Assembly: GCA_944332265.1 (NCBI GenBank)
Contig: CALVJQ010000006.1
Coordinates: 1,021 to 65,020, forward strand
Origin: an uncultured Bacilli bacterium
Lineage (GTDB): Bacteria; Bacillota_I; Bacilli_A; RF39; UBA660
Direction of reading: 5' to 3'
Length of the DNA: 64,000 bases
Shown here: piece after piece, positions 29,941 to 38,660 of the stretch
Layout of the letters: each line of letters begins with the position of its first letter
Position numbering within the stretch: the stretch's first letter is position 1
Position numbers and translations under genes: made by a program
The notes under the pieces: generated by a model
What the model was told of the DNA's origin: nothing
Database searches by the model: none
Seen by the model: the letters and a program-made list of their open reading frames with translations, nothing else

Positions 29941-31092
29941 CTAATTGTTTCCTTCTTCATTAACTTGATTTAAAGTTTTAACTTCTATTTTATATTTAGT
30001 TAATTTAGAAGCTAGTTTAATATTTGTTCCTTTTTTACCTATTGCTAATGATAAGTTTTCATCATTAACAATAGCTAATGCTTCTTTTTTCATAGGATCT
30101 GTTATAGTAACGATTGCATCTTTAGCAGGACTTAGAGCATTCTTTATATACTCAGCTGGATCAGCACTATATAAAACAATATCTACTTTTTCGCCATTAA
30201 GTTCTTTTAAGATAGATGCAATACGTGATCCTCTTTCACCAATGCAAGCACCAATTGCATCAACACGTTCATTAGTTGATTCAACTGCAACTTTACTTCT
30301 AATTCCTGCTTCGCGAGCAACAGCATGAAGAATTATTGTTCCATCAGCTAGTTCAGGAATTTCTGATTCAAATAATCTTTTAACAAAACCATAGTGTTTT
30401 CTTGATAGAAGTATTAAAGGACCCTTAGTATTTGATTCTACTTTAGTTACATAAACACGAATGCTTGACCCCATTTTTACTTCTTCACCAGGAATCATTT
30501 CTGATTTAGGTAAAATTCCTCTAGTACGGCCAAGTTCTACGTAATAATTACGTGCGTCTTCCATAGCTAATGTTCCTACAAGCATTTCATCTTGTTTATC
30601 AGAAAATTCTTCTATAATAGAATTTTTTTCAGCTTCTCTAATCTTTTGCATAACAACTTGCTTAGCTGTACCAGCAGCAACACGACCAAAATCTTTTGGT
30701 GTTACTTCTTTTTCAATTCTTTCACCAACTTTAATATCTGGATCAATTTCTCGAGCATCATCTAATAAAATTTGAGCGTCGATATTAATTTCTGGTGGAA
30801 CATCTACTTCATTACCATTTTCATCGATAATAGTTTCTCCTTCGTCAATCTCATCAACTACTATATAATAAGACATAACTTTTATTTCGCCAGTTGTACG
30901 ATTAATATCAACTCTAACATTAGTTTTAGAACCAAAGTTTTTCTTATAAGCAGTTGTTAAAGCCAATTCCATTGCTTCAAAAACGATATCTTCAGATATT
31001 CCTTTTTCTTCAACAATATTTTTTACGGCTTTAATAAATTCTTCAGGATTCATTTGATTTGTTTCTTCAACAACTTTTTTCTTTCTTGCCAT
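29941..31092 (-). CDS. nusA: transcription termination/antitermination factor NusA
   Basis: N-terminal domain plus S1 (VGTLAMEDARNYYVELG) and two KH domains (DAIGACIGERGSRI, LAIGKKGTNIKLA). Confidence 0.95.
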   Translation of the reverse strand: MARKKKVVEETNQMNPEEFIKAVKNIVEEKGISEDIVFEAMELALTTAYKKNFGSKTNVRVDINRTTGEIKVMSYYIVVDEIDEGETIIDENGNEVDVPPEINIDAQILLDDAREIDPDIKVGERIEKEVTPKDFGRVAAGTAKQVVMQKIREAEKNSIIEEFSDKQDEMLVGTLAMEDARNYYVELGRTRGILPKSEMIPGEEVKMGSSIRVYVTKVESNTKGPLILLSRKHYGFVKRLFESEIPELADGTIILHAVAREAGIRSKVAVESTNERVDAIGACIGERGSRIASILKELNGEKVDIVLYSADPAEYIKNALSPAKDAIVTITDPMKKEALAIVNDENLSLAIGKKGTNIKLASKLTKYKIEVKTLNQVNEEGNN

Positions 31093-31093
31093 A

Positions 31094-31351
31094 TTATTCT
31101 TCTCCTTTTTCTTTACTAACGATATCTAGGATATAGGAATCATCAATTAAGTCTAGTTTATCTATAATAGGATTTATTATTTCTGTTGCTTTAACAATAG
31201 TATCTAAATCAAGACCATTAACCTTATCTAGTTCTATTCTTAGAAAGTTATAATTCCCTTCTGTTTCATATTTTACAGAATCAACGATAATATTCATTTC
31301 TTCCATTGGACCAACAATATTTCTTTTTATTTCTTCTAGTACTTTATTCAT
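31094..31351 (-). CDS. rimP: RimP-like protein, N-terminal domain only (85 aa)
   Basis: Position directly upstream of nusA and the RimP N-domain pattern (YNFLRIELDKVNGLDLDTIVKATEIINPIID...YILDIVS). The C-terminal Sm-like half typical of ~150-aa RimP is absent. Confidence 0.6.
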   Translation of the reverse strand: MNKVLEEIKRNIVGPMEEMNIIVDSVKYETEGNYNFLRIELDKVNGLDLDTIVKATEIINPIIDKLDLIDDSYILDIVSKEKGEE

Positions 31352-31375
31352 GATTCACCTCTCTAATTAATAATA

Positions 31376-31400
31376 AAAGTGGGATCATTGAGCCCACTTA
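31376..31400 (-). promoter_or_regulatory. leader hairpin plus U-tract in the 5' UTR of the rimP-nusA-infB operon (candidate attenuator)
   Basis: Minus strand reads AAGTGGG-CTCAATGAT-CCCACTT followed by TTTATTATT, about 20 nt upstream of the rimP RBS. Confidence 0.4.
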
Positions 31401-31569
31401 AATCTGATACTTAGATTATATCACAAAATTTAAAATATGCAACTTTTTAGAAGTTATTATATAAAAAAGACTAATATTTTTAAGTGATTTATTATAATTG
31501 AAGATAAATATTAATTGAGTTGATATTTAATTTGTAGTAATATAATTATATAAAGTAAGGAAGGTATTT

Positions 31570-32613
31570 ATGAAGAAACATTCTAATATCATAATTTGTT
31601 TATTATGTCTTTCTTTAGTAGTACTAAGTCTTTCTTTAGTGTCTTTAAATTTAAGTAATAGTAATAAAGATAAAGAAGTAAATAATAGTAATGATGAAGA
31701 AGAAGTTTCTAATAAAAGTGATTTTGATAAATTTAATTATAAAGATAGTTTTGATGTTTCTGATTTTACTGGGTTGGAAGAAAATACTATTGATATTCCA
31801 GCAAAGAAGTATACGAAAAATACTATTTCAATAGCTGATAGTGATTTTAAAATAAGTAATGAATTAACAAATGAAATATATGAAGTAATTAATAGTTATG
31901 GAAGAAGTTCGTCTTTTTATATTGTTAGTTTAGATGATGGAATGAGTATTGCTTATAATATTGATAATAAGTATGAAACGGCTAGTTCAATTAAAGCACC
32001 ATATGCTCTATATATTTATGAACAAATAGATGCTGGTAATATTGATCCTAATCAACAAATAATTTATGAAAGTAAACATTATAATAAAGGAACAGGAGTT
32101 ATTAAGAAAGCTGATTTTGGAACGGTTTATACAGTTAGAGATTTACTTTATTATTCATTAAATGATTCTGATAATATAGCACATATTATGTTACATAAAA
32201 CTTTTGGTGTAAAAGGATATAATAAAATGTTAACTAATTTGGGAACTAAACAACTTTATTTAACTGCTGGTAATCCATGGGGTTATACTTCAGCACGTAG
32301 TGCAGCTATAATATGGCAAGAAATATATAATTTTTCAATACGTAGTGATGAAGGAATTAATTTATTAAATATTTTATCTAATGGGAAATATAATTATTTT
32401 AAAGAAGTAATGCCTTCTATTCCTAGTGCAAGTAAAACGGGTTTTGCTAGTAAAGATGTTGTAGAAACCGGTATTGTTTTTGATGATAAACCTTATATTG
32501 GGGTAGCAATAGCTAATAAAGGGGGAAATATAGGAGCATATACTCAAGTATTAAAATTGGTTAATTTAATGAATGATATTATGAATGAATATAAAGAATA
32601 TTTAGAGAATTAA
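31570..32613 (+). CDS. class A beta-lactamase-related serine hydrolase (membrane-anchored or secreted)
   Basis: N-terminal TM/signal segment. SxxK (ASSIKAP), SDN (NDSDNIA) and KTG (SKTGFA) motifs. Confidence 0.7.
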   Translation: MKKHSNIIICLLCLSLVVLSLSLVSLNLSNSNKDKEVNNSNDEEEVSNKSDFDKFNYKDSFDVSDFTGLEENTIDIPAKKYTKNTISIADSDFKISNELTNEIYEVINSYGRSSSFYIVSLDDGMSIAYNIDNKYETASSIKAPYALYIYEQIDAGNIDPNQQIIYESKHYNKGTGVIKKADFGTVYTVRDLLYYSLNDSDNIAHIMLHKTFGVKGYNKMLTNLGTKQLYLTAGNPWGYTSARSAAIIWQEIYNFSIRSDEGINLLNILSNGKYNYFKEVMPSIPSASKTGFASKDVVETGIVFDDKPYIGVAIANKGGNIGAYTQVLKLVNLMNDIMNEYKEYLEN

Positions 32614-32635
32614 ATAAAGGAATCTAATGATTCCT

Positions 32636-33151
32636 TTATTTTATATAACCATTTTGAACTATTTTAGTTTCTTTTATTACGATGAAAGCATTTGGGTCAA
32701 TAGTTTTAATTATCTTTTTTAATTTGTCTAAATTACGACTATTTAAAGTTATGTAAAGTATTTTATTATGATTTTCTTGAATATTTTCTACTGTATTGAC
32801 TACTGATACACCATAACCTTGTTCTCTTATTTTATTAATATTTTCTATCGTTGCTTTAGTAGTTATTACTTCTATACTAATTAAACTATTAACAAAGTTG
32901 TTAGCAATAAAGGTCCCAAGAATAGTTCCAGTAGCATAACCTCCTGAATAAGCTATAACAATCCAAATACTTTTTAAATCCGTATTAAGAGCTTCACGGG
33001 CAATAATAAACCAAATAAAGACTTCAACAAAAGCAATTAAACCAGCGGTAATTGTTTTACCTTTGACAGTATAAATAGTCCTTAGAGTGCCTAAAGTTAC
33101 ATCAGCGATACGGGCTAAAAATATTTTTATACATAGAATAAATAAAGTCAT
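32636..33151 (-). CDS. UPF0316 family membrane protein (DUF2179 C-terminal domain)
   Basis: IFLARIADVTLGTLRTIYTVKGK is the UPF0316 N-terminal signature. Three TM helices are followed by a soluble domain. Confidence 0.7.
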   Translation of the reverse strand: MTLFILCIKIFLARIADVTLGTLRTIYTVKGKTITAGLIAFVEVFIWFIIAREALNTDLKSIWIVIAYSGGYATGTILGTFIANNFVNSLISIEVITTKATIENINKIREQGYGVSVVNTVENIQENHNKILYITLNSRNLDKLKKIIKTIDPNAFIVIKETKIVQNGYIK

Positions 33152-33152
33152 A

Positions 33153-33419
33153 TTAAGCTCCTAGTCCTTTGGCGATTGCTATTATTATTATAACCAAAAT
33201 AACACCAATTATAAGGAGTATTGCTTTACCTATTTTAGCATCATTATCTGTATTGGATGCTTGTTTGTATAAGGCGGTATTTTTATTACGATATTGATTC
33301 CAACGAGGATCTAGAATACTTTTCATTTCTTTTTGCTGAGATATAGGAATCATTTTCCCACAATTTGGACATACTCCACCTTTAGTTGGAAGAGCTGCGC
33401 CACAATACTTACAATTCAT
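33153..33419 (-). CDS. zinc-ribbon small membrane protein
   Basis: CKYCGAALPTKGGVCPNCG plus a C-terminal TM segment AILLIIGVILVIIIIAIA. Confidence 0.55.
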   Translation of the reverse strand: MNCKYCGAALPTKGGVCPNCGKMIPISQQKEMKSILDPRWNQYRNKNTALYKQASNTDNDAKIGKAILLIIGVILVIIIIAIAKGLGA

Positions 33420-33461
33420 ATTATCACCTAGTTTTATTTTATCATAAAAAAAGAAAAAGAA

Positions 33462-33998
33462 TTATTCTTTTTCAAAATCTTCAATAAAATGATTTCCCTT
33501 ATGACCTATATCTGATGGTTCATCACGTAAAAGATCATTATAATCTTGTTGGCGAAGAGCTTCATAAACCATAATAGCAACGGTATTTGAAAGATTTAAA
33601 GCACGAACTTTGTCAGTCATTGGCATACGCATACAAGTATCTAGATGTTGACTTAGTATCGCACGTGGTATCCCTGTTGATTCTTTACCAAAAACAAAAT
33701 AATAATTTTGTTTAGAATCACTATAATCAAAAGTTGAATGTGGTTTATGACCATATCTAGTTAAAAAATAGAATTTTCCTTGATCTTTGTTTTGATTATA
33801 AAAATCATCCCAATTTTTATATACTTTGTAATGACAATTGTCGATGTAATTTACCCCACTACGACGAATATATTTTTCGTCTAGGGAAAAACCTAATGGT
33901 TCAATTAAATGAAGCATAGTATTAGTAGCTACGCATGTACGCATTATATTACCAGTATTTCCTGGTATTTCTGGTTCAAATAAAACAACATTAATCAT
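33462..33998 (-). CDS. trmL: tRNA (cytidine/uridine(34)-2'-O)-methyltransferase, SpoU/TrmL family
   Basis: INVVLFEPEIPGNTGNIMRTCVATNTMLHLIEPLGF and LNLSNTVAIMVYEALRQ are TrmL motifs. Confidence 0.85.
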   Translation of the reverse strand: MINVVLFEPEIPGNTGNIMRTCVATNTMLHLIEPLGFSLDEKYIRRSGVNYIDNCHYKVYKNWDDFYNQNKDQGKFYFLTRYGHKPHSTFDYSDSKQNYYFVFGKESTGIPRAILSQHLDTCMRMPMTDKVRALNLSNTVAIMVYEALRQQDYNDLLRDEPSDIGHKGNHFIEDFEKE

Positions 33999-34034
33999 AT
34001 ATAATCCTCCTATAATAAAAAGACCTTTTAGGTC

Positions 34035-34580
34035 TTATTCTTTTTCGATATTATTAATATCTAATAATTTTTGGAAATCACCAACATTCATAATATTATC
34101 GTCTTCACGATTAATAATGTCAACAGCTTTTCCTTCTTTATAATAAATAATTGTTGGAACATTAGTTACTTTAATTTCTTCTAAAGATAGAGCTTTATTT
34201 ATTTGATCAATATAATCTTCTTCATCTTTAATAGAAGTTATATTTAAATAATAAATTGAATTATTTAAATTATAATCACTAATTACACTCTCTAAATCTT
34301 TTTCCATATTATAAACTTCTTCTGAACCTGTATAACTTATATAAATATAATAAGAGCTTGGAGCTTCAGAGAAGATATCATTTACTTCTTTTAAACTTTT
34401 AATTTCGTTTGAAACTACTTTTTCTTTTACTAAATATGATGTAGATACTTTATTTTCTTGTATAACATTATACCAAGAGAAACCATACCAAGTTAGTAAT
34501 AGTATTACGACAACTATAATAGCAGCAACAACATAATTTTTAATAGGAATATACCTTTCATTCTTTTTAATGTTGCTCAT
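34035..34580 (-). CDS. membrane-anchored thioredoxin-fold protein without CxxC
   Basis: TM segment VVAAIIVVVILLLTWYGF. The C-terminus (YYIYISYTGS...VPTIIYYKEGKAVDII) is a thioredoxin-like pattern lacking cysteines. Confidence 0.5.
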   Translation of the reverse strand: MSNIKKNERYIPIKNYVVAAIIVVVILLLTWYGFSWYNVIQENKVSTSYLVKEKVVSNEIKSLKEVNDIFSEAPSSYYIYISYTGSEEVYNMEKDLESVISDYNLNNSIYYLNITSIKDEEDYIDQINKALSLEEIKVTNVPTIIYYKEGKAVDIINREDDNIMNVGDFQKLLDINNIEKE

Positions 34581-34709
34581 AGTATCATATCCTTTCTATA
34601 TGTATATTTTAACACATAATATTATATTATGCAAAAGAGAATTATATATTTTTATTAGAGCCTAGAACACTTTTATTTTTTGGAATAATATATTTTAGGA
34701 GGATTTTTT

Positions 34710-35120
34710 ATGTTTTTTGAAGATATTATTTTTAATATGAATAGTAAAACGGATAATAATGTTTTATTTGATGTGGATGATGGCTTTAGATGTGGAAATA
34801 TGTTTAAGAATGAATATGTTCCATATAAGAATTTTAAAGTAAGTGAAATTAAAGCAAATAATAAAGAAGATGAATTGTTAATAAAAATAAGTGAAATGGA
34901 GTTTGCTTTAAATGATTTGAGTTTGTATTTGGATTTACATCCTGATGATAGTTTTATGTTTAATAAGTTTAAAATGTATGTAAATAAATATAAAGAGTAT
35001 TTAGAAGAATATGAAAGAACTTTTAGACCATTAAATTTAAGTGCTGTTTATAATAATATTTATGATTATTATAAGAATCCTTGGCCATGGGATAATGATG
35101 GAGGTGTTAAGTATGTATAA
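34710..35120 (+). CDS. cotJB: spore coat protein CotJB with CotJA-like N-terminal extension (apparent fusion)
   Basis: CotJB core: MEFALNDLSLYLDLHPDD...NPWPWD. The N-terminal ~50 aa carry a CotJA-like motif (GFRCGNMFKNEYVPYKNF). It overlaps the cotJC start. Confidence 0.7.
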   Translation: MFFEDIIFNMNSKTDNNVLFDVDDGFRCGNMFKNEYVPYKNFKVSEIKANNKEDELLIKISEMEFALNDLSLYLDLHPDDSFMFNKFKMYVNKYKEYLEEYERTFRPLNLSAVYNNIYDYYKNPWPWDNDGGVKYV

Positions 35121-35673
35121 GTATGAAAAGCATTTAGCATTTCCTGTTAATATAAAGAAAAAAGATTTAAAAATGGCGAAGTATATTGTAAGTGCTTTAG
35201 GTGGTTATGCTGGAGAGCTAGCTGCTGCTTTGCGTTATTTTTCCCAAAGCTTTGCAATGCCAGATGATAAAGGGAAAGCTTTACTTAATATGATAGCAAC
35301 AGAAGAATTGGGGCATTGTGAAATGATTGCTACAATGTTTAGGCAGTTAGTTAAGGATGCAACTTTAGATGAACTTGAGGCTGTTGGACTAGCAGAATAT
35401 TATACAGAACATGGTAAAGGGGTATATCCTATTAATCCATCTGGTGTTCCTTTTACAGTTGATTATTTTGCTTCCACAGGTAATCCGGTAGTTGATTTAT
35501 GTGAGGATATGGCAGCTGAAGAAAAAGCAAGGGCTGGTTATGAAAATTTGCTTAATTTAGCTACTGACCCAGACTTAATTCAACCATTATTATTTTTAAG
35601 ACAAAGAGAAGTTGTTCATTATAATCGCTTTAAAGAGTTATATGAATATTATAAAAAAACATTAAAAGGATAG
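35113..35673 (+). CDS. cotJC: spore coat protein CotJC (manganese catalase family)
   Basis: GGYAGELAAALRYFSQ, ATEELGHCEMIATM and MAAEEKARAGYENL are ferritin-like di-metal motifs. Start set at ATG 35113 after GGAGGTG; the ORF-track start 35041 is spurious. Confidence 0.88.
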   Translation: MYKYEKHLAFPVNIKKKDLKMAKYIVSALGGYAGELAAALRYFSQSFAMPDDKGKALLNMIATEELGHCEMIATMFRQLVKDATLDELEAVGLAEYYTEHGKGVYPINPSGVPFTVDYFASTGNPVVDLCEDMAAEEKARAGYENLLNLATDPDLIQPLLFLRQREVVHYNRFKELYEYYKKTLKG

Positions 35674-35697
35674 TTACCTATTCTTTTAATGTTTTTA
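35652..35697. terminator. bidirectional terminator between cotJC and the convergent 604-aa gene
   Basis: 11-bp stem AACATTAAAAG/CTTTTAATGTT (35658-35693), flanked by an A-run on one side and a T-run on the other. Confidence 0.55.
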
Positions 35698-35721
35698 TTA
35701 TATGTAATATCAATTTTATAA

Positions 35722-37536
35722 TTATCTTAATTTGGGAATCAATGTTTTATTTATCTCATCGTATAAACTATAATATTGGGATGAATCAAGAATTGATGAA
35801 TTAATTAATGAAGGAATTATAGTAGATGGTGTTTTATCGGTTGTTTGGAAATAGCGAATAAATTTAGAACGAGAAATAGTAGCATTGCCAATTATATATA
35901 AATCATCGATACGATAATATTTATCAAGTAATTTAACAATTGGATGTTTAGGAGCATTAGTAACTACTGCTCCTGTATTAAAAGATTCTTTTAATACTAA
36001 TGGTACAACATTTGGAATTAAAGTATCTAATTCTTCTTCAGAACAAATAAATCTTTCTTCAGTTAAAACATCTCTTCTTAAACGATGAGTTTCATTTTCA
36101 TATAATTCAGATAGATTTTGATATAACATAATTCTTTTAATAGTACTTAAAGGATTAACTGTTTTACATATGCTTATAAATAATTCTATAGAAATGCTAT
36201 TTTCAAGTAGTAAATCATATATTCTAAGATATTTATAATGGCAAAGTAAAAATATATAATTATTCTTTGTTAAATTGTAATATGCTAAGTTACTTAATAT
36301 ATTTTTTATTTCAGTTGGGGAAGTAAATAAAATTTGATCATCATAGAATATATTAGTAAAGTCAATTACTGGTTCAAGAATACTTACATTAGTTAATATT
36401 TCATTATATTTAGGACCAAATATTTCCCCTACTTTGTTTTTTAAAGTTTCAGGGCTTAAAGCATGTTTTACTAATAATTCACGAATTGTATTAATTTGTT
36501 TTTTAGAAAGAGTAATTAAAACAGGAACATAATTAGTAAATATTTCATTAATATTTAGACCATATTTTAATAATTCTTCGATACTTGATATTATATCATC
36601 ATTTTCTTCTAACTTAGCTAGTAAATTTTTATCTAATGAGTATGGATTATAACCTTTAGAATATAGAAATGATGTTAATTTACTATGATTTATTTTAGCT
36701 GTTATAACTTGTTCGTTAGATTGTAGACTGCGATATTCTTTTGTAAGATTTAGTTGAACTATATTATATAGTTCTTCTAATAATTCTGGATCCAGATAGC
36801 GATGCCAGTTATCTGGTATATTAGTTATAGAAGATAGATCATTATGATTAATAACTTCTAAAGTATATTTACGTCTTTTAGCAATATTACTTAAATTTTC
36901 CTTATTTTCTTTATTTTCTTTTGTAAGTTCTTTATCTAGAGCATCAATAAATGTTTTTAAATAACTTTTTTCGTAAATTGTTTGAAGATTATCTAATTTT
37001 TTTTGTCTAATTAGTCTTTCATTCTTTTTAGGAATAGATTTAAATAAATCATTAGGAGTATTAAGACTTTCTTCTGCTTTTTTTAGACTTTCTTTTAGTT
37101 TTAAAAATTCATACATGACAATGTAAACTAATTTTAAATTATAGTTAATTGATAAAAGATTTAGGTGGAGATTAGTAAAGTTTGTCATATATTTAAAGTC
37201 TTCAAGGTTACCTTCATCTGTTGTATGATGATAAAGTTCTATTAAATCTTGACCATGAATATCTAGTTGCCAACTATTGACTGCTGATTCAAGTTCATTA
37301 AGTTCTTCTTGGTATTTAGAAAATAAGTATTTATTTTCTTCGGTTGCTACTATTATAAGAAGAAAAAGACGATAATTAGGGATTTTTAAAATATCTAGTG
37401 GATTATTAGATGATAGTTCTTTTTTAATAGTTTGAAAGTATTTAGCAAATTCACTATTGTCGTAATATTTTTTTAGTTTTTCAGTTTCTTCTAGAGATTT
37501 TTCAGCTAGTTGGATTGCGTATCTAATTGAATTCAT
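35722..37536 (-). CDS. hypothetical 604-aa all-helical protein (repeat-like architecture)
   Basis: Long ORF. Its ATG overlaps the stop of the upstream gene (TAATG). No TM, signal peptide or P-loop. The central region has recurring ~30-35-aa helical units (e.g. LLKYGLNINEIFTNYVPVLITLSKKQINTIRELLVKHALSPETLKNKV). Confidence 0.65.
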   Translation of the reverse strand: MNSIRYAIQLAEKSLEETEKLKKYYDNSEFAKYFQTIKKELSSNNPLDILKIPNYRLFLLIIVATEENKYLFSKYQEELNELESAVNSWQLDIHGQDLIELYHHTTDEGNLEDFKYMTNFTNLHLNLLSINYNLKLVYIVMYEFLKLKESLKKAEESLNTPNDLFKSIPKKNERLIRQKKLDNLQTIYEKSYLKTFIDALDKELTKENKENKENLSNIAKRRKYTLEVINHNDLSSITNIPDNWHRYLDPELLEELYNIVQLNLTKEYRSLQSNEQVITAKINHSKLTSFLYSKGYNPYSLDKNLLAKLEENDDIISSIEELLKYGLNINEIFTNYVPVLITLSKKQINTIRELLVKHALSPETLKNKVGEIFGPKYNEILTNVSILEPVIDFTNIFYDDQILFTSPTEIKNILSNLAYYNLTKNNYIFLLCHYKYLRIYDLLLENSISIELFISICKTVNPLSTIKRIMLYQNLSELYENETHRLRRDVLTEERFICSEEELDTLIPNVVPLVLKESFNTGAVVTNAPKHPIVKLLDKYYRIDDLYIIGNATISRSKFIRYFQTTDKTPSTIIPSLINSSILDSSQYYSLYDEINKTLIPKLR

Positions 37537-38576
37537 TATTTATCACCTACTTTCTTTAAAGATATTGATTCTTCAAGAAGAGAAGTAATTTGGCCGATTA
37601 ATTCGTCTTGTTCTATATAAAAGTCAGGAGAAGATATTACAGATAATATGTATTCTTTATTTAATTCATAACGACTTATGGCTTCACGATAGTAATTTTC
37701 TATTTTAATACTTTTTTGTTTGTCTTTATAAAATAAAGAACAAATGAAGATATAGTTTCCTTCAGCAATATAAAGAATACGAAGGCCATTGGGATGGCGA
37801 TATTCATACAAGTTATTATTAGCTAAACCAACAATAGACTTAGTATCTCTTGTTTTTAGAAAATAACCATCTAATATTTTATCAATAGTATTTTTTATTT
37901 CTTTACGATTAGAAATATATCTTAAGATATCTTCATATAAATAGGATTTTTTGCTATTGTGATTAGGAACTATTATAATATTAGAAGGTTCTAAGGTAGT
38001 ATCAGATAAAGTATTTTCTTCTTGTTTATTAAGAGAGTTTAAAAAAGATAGAATATTTTGAAGTTTTTGATACTCTTCTTGAAATGAAGTAATGGCAAAT
38101 GAAGGATTAGTTATAATTGAAGTTTTTATTTTATTTTCAAGGATGGTTTTTCGTTTGTATATTTCTAGTTTTATTATTTTTAATTCATTAGGTGATAGAT
38201 TAGCTAATTTTTTTTCAAGTTCAGCGTCTAGACTACTATATATTATTAAATCTATATATGGTTTAAAATCAAAAGTTGGAGTTGAAAAGTCAGCTATTTG
38301 TTCAGTATCTATTTTAGAAGTTATTTCCTCAGATTTTATATCTTGGGCTTTTTTTACAGATTCTTGAAGAGCCTTTATTTTTTCTTGTTGTTCTTTTATT
38401 TTATCTTTATTAAATTCTATTATATATCTTAGACATTCAATTATTATAGCTGTTGTAGCATCTGGGATAATACTATAGATATAATCATTGGGATTAAATA
38501 TATAGTTTTTTTCTTGGTTAAGTTTGTCAAGAAAGATATTTATTTTATATTCTAAATCATCGTTCATATAGGCCAA
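37536..38576 (-). CDS. hypothetical 346-aa protein: coiled-coil N-terminal half plus RelE/ParE-like toxin-fold domain (aa ~199-305)
   Basis: The segment NLYEYRHPNGLRILYIAEGNYIFICSLFYKDKQKS...YYREAISRY aligns by eye with the RelE/ParE/HigB core (e.g. E. coli RelE CYKIKLRSSGYRLVYQVIDEKVVVFVISVGKRERSEVYSEAVKR). Confidence 0.55.
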   Translation of the reverse strand: MAYMNDDLEYKINIFLDKLNQEKNYIFNPNDYIYSIIPDATTAIIIECLRYIIEFNKDKIKEQQEKIKALQESVKKAQDIKSEEITSKIDTEQIADFSTPTFDFKPYIDLIIYSSLDAELEKKLANLSPNELKIIKLEIYKRKTILENKIKTSIITNPSFAITSFQEEYQKLQNILSFLNSLNKQEENTLSDTTLEPSNIIIVPNHNSKKSYLYEDILRYISNRKEIKNTIDKILDGYFLKTRDTKSIVGLANNNLYEYRHPNGLRILYIAEGNYIFICSLFYKDKQKSIKIENYYREAISRYELNKEYILSVISSPDFYIEQDELIGQITSLLEESISLKKVGDK

Positions 38577-38596
38577 CTCCTTTTTTAACAGAATAT

Positions 38597-38624
38597 ATTA
38601 TACGTATCTTTTTTTATTTGTCAA
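38597..38624 (-). promoter_or_regulatory. strong sigma-A type promoter of the 346/604-aa operon
   Basis: Minus strand reads TTGACA (38624..38619), 16-nt spacer, TATAAT (38602..38597). The RBS AAAAGGAG precedes ATG 38576. Confidence 0.6.
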
Positions 38625-38632
38625 AAAGAAGG

Positions 38633-38658
38633 CAAAAAAAAAGACCTAATGGTCTTTT
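38633..38658 (-). terminator. rho-independent terminator of the surface-protein gene
   Basis: Minus strand reads AAGACC-ATTA-GGTCTT followed by an 8-9 nt T-run. Confidence 0.65.
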
Positions 38659-38660
38659 TA

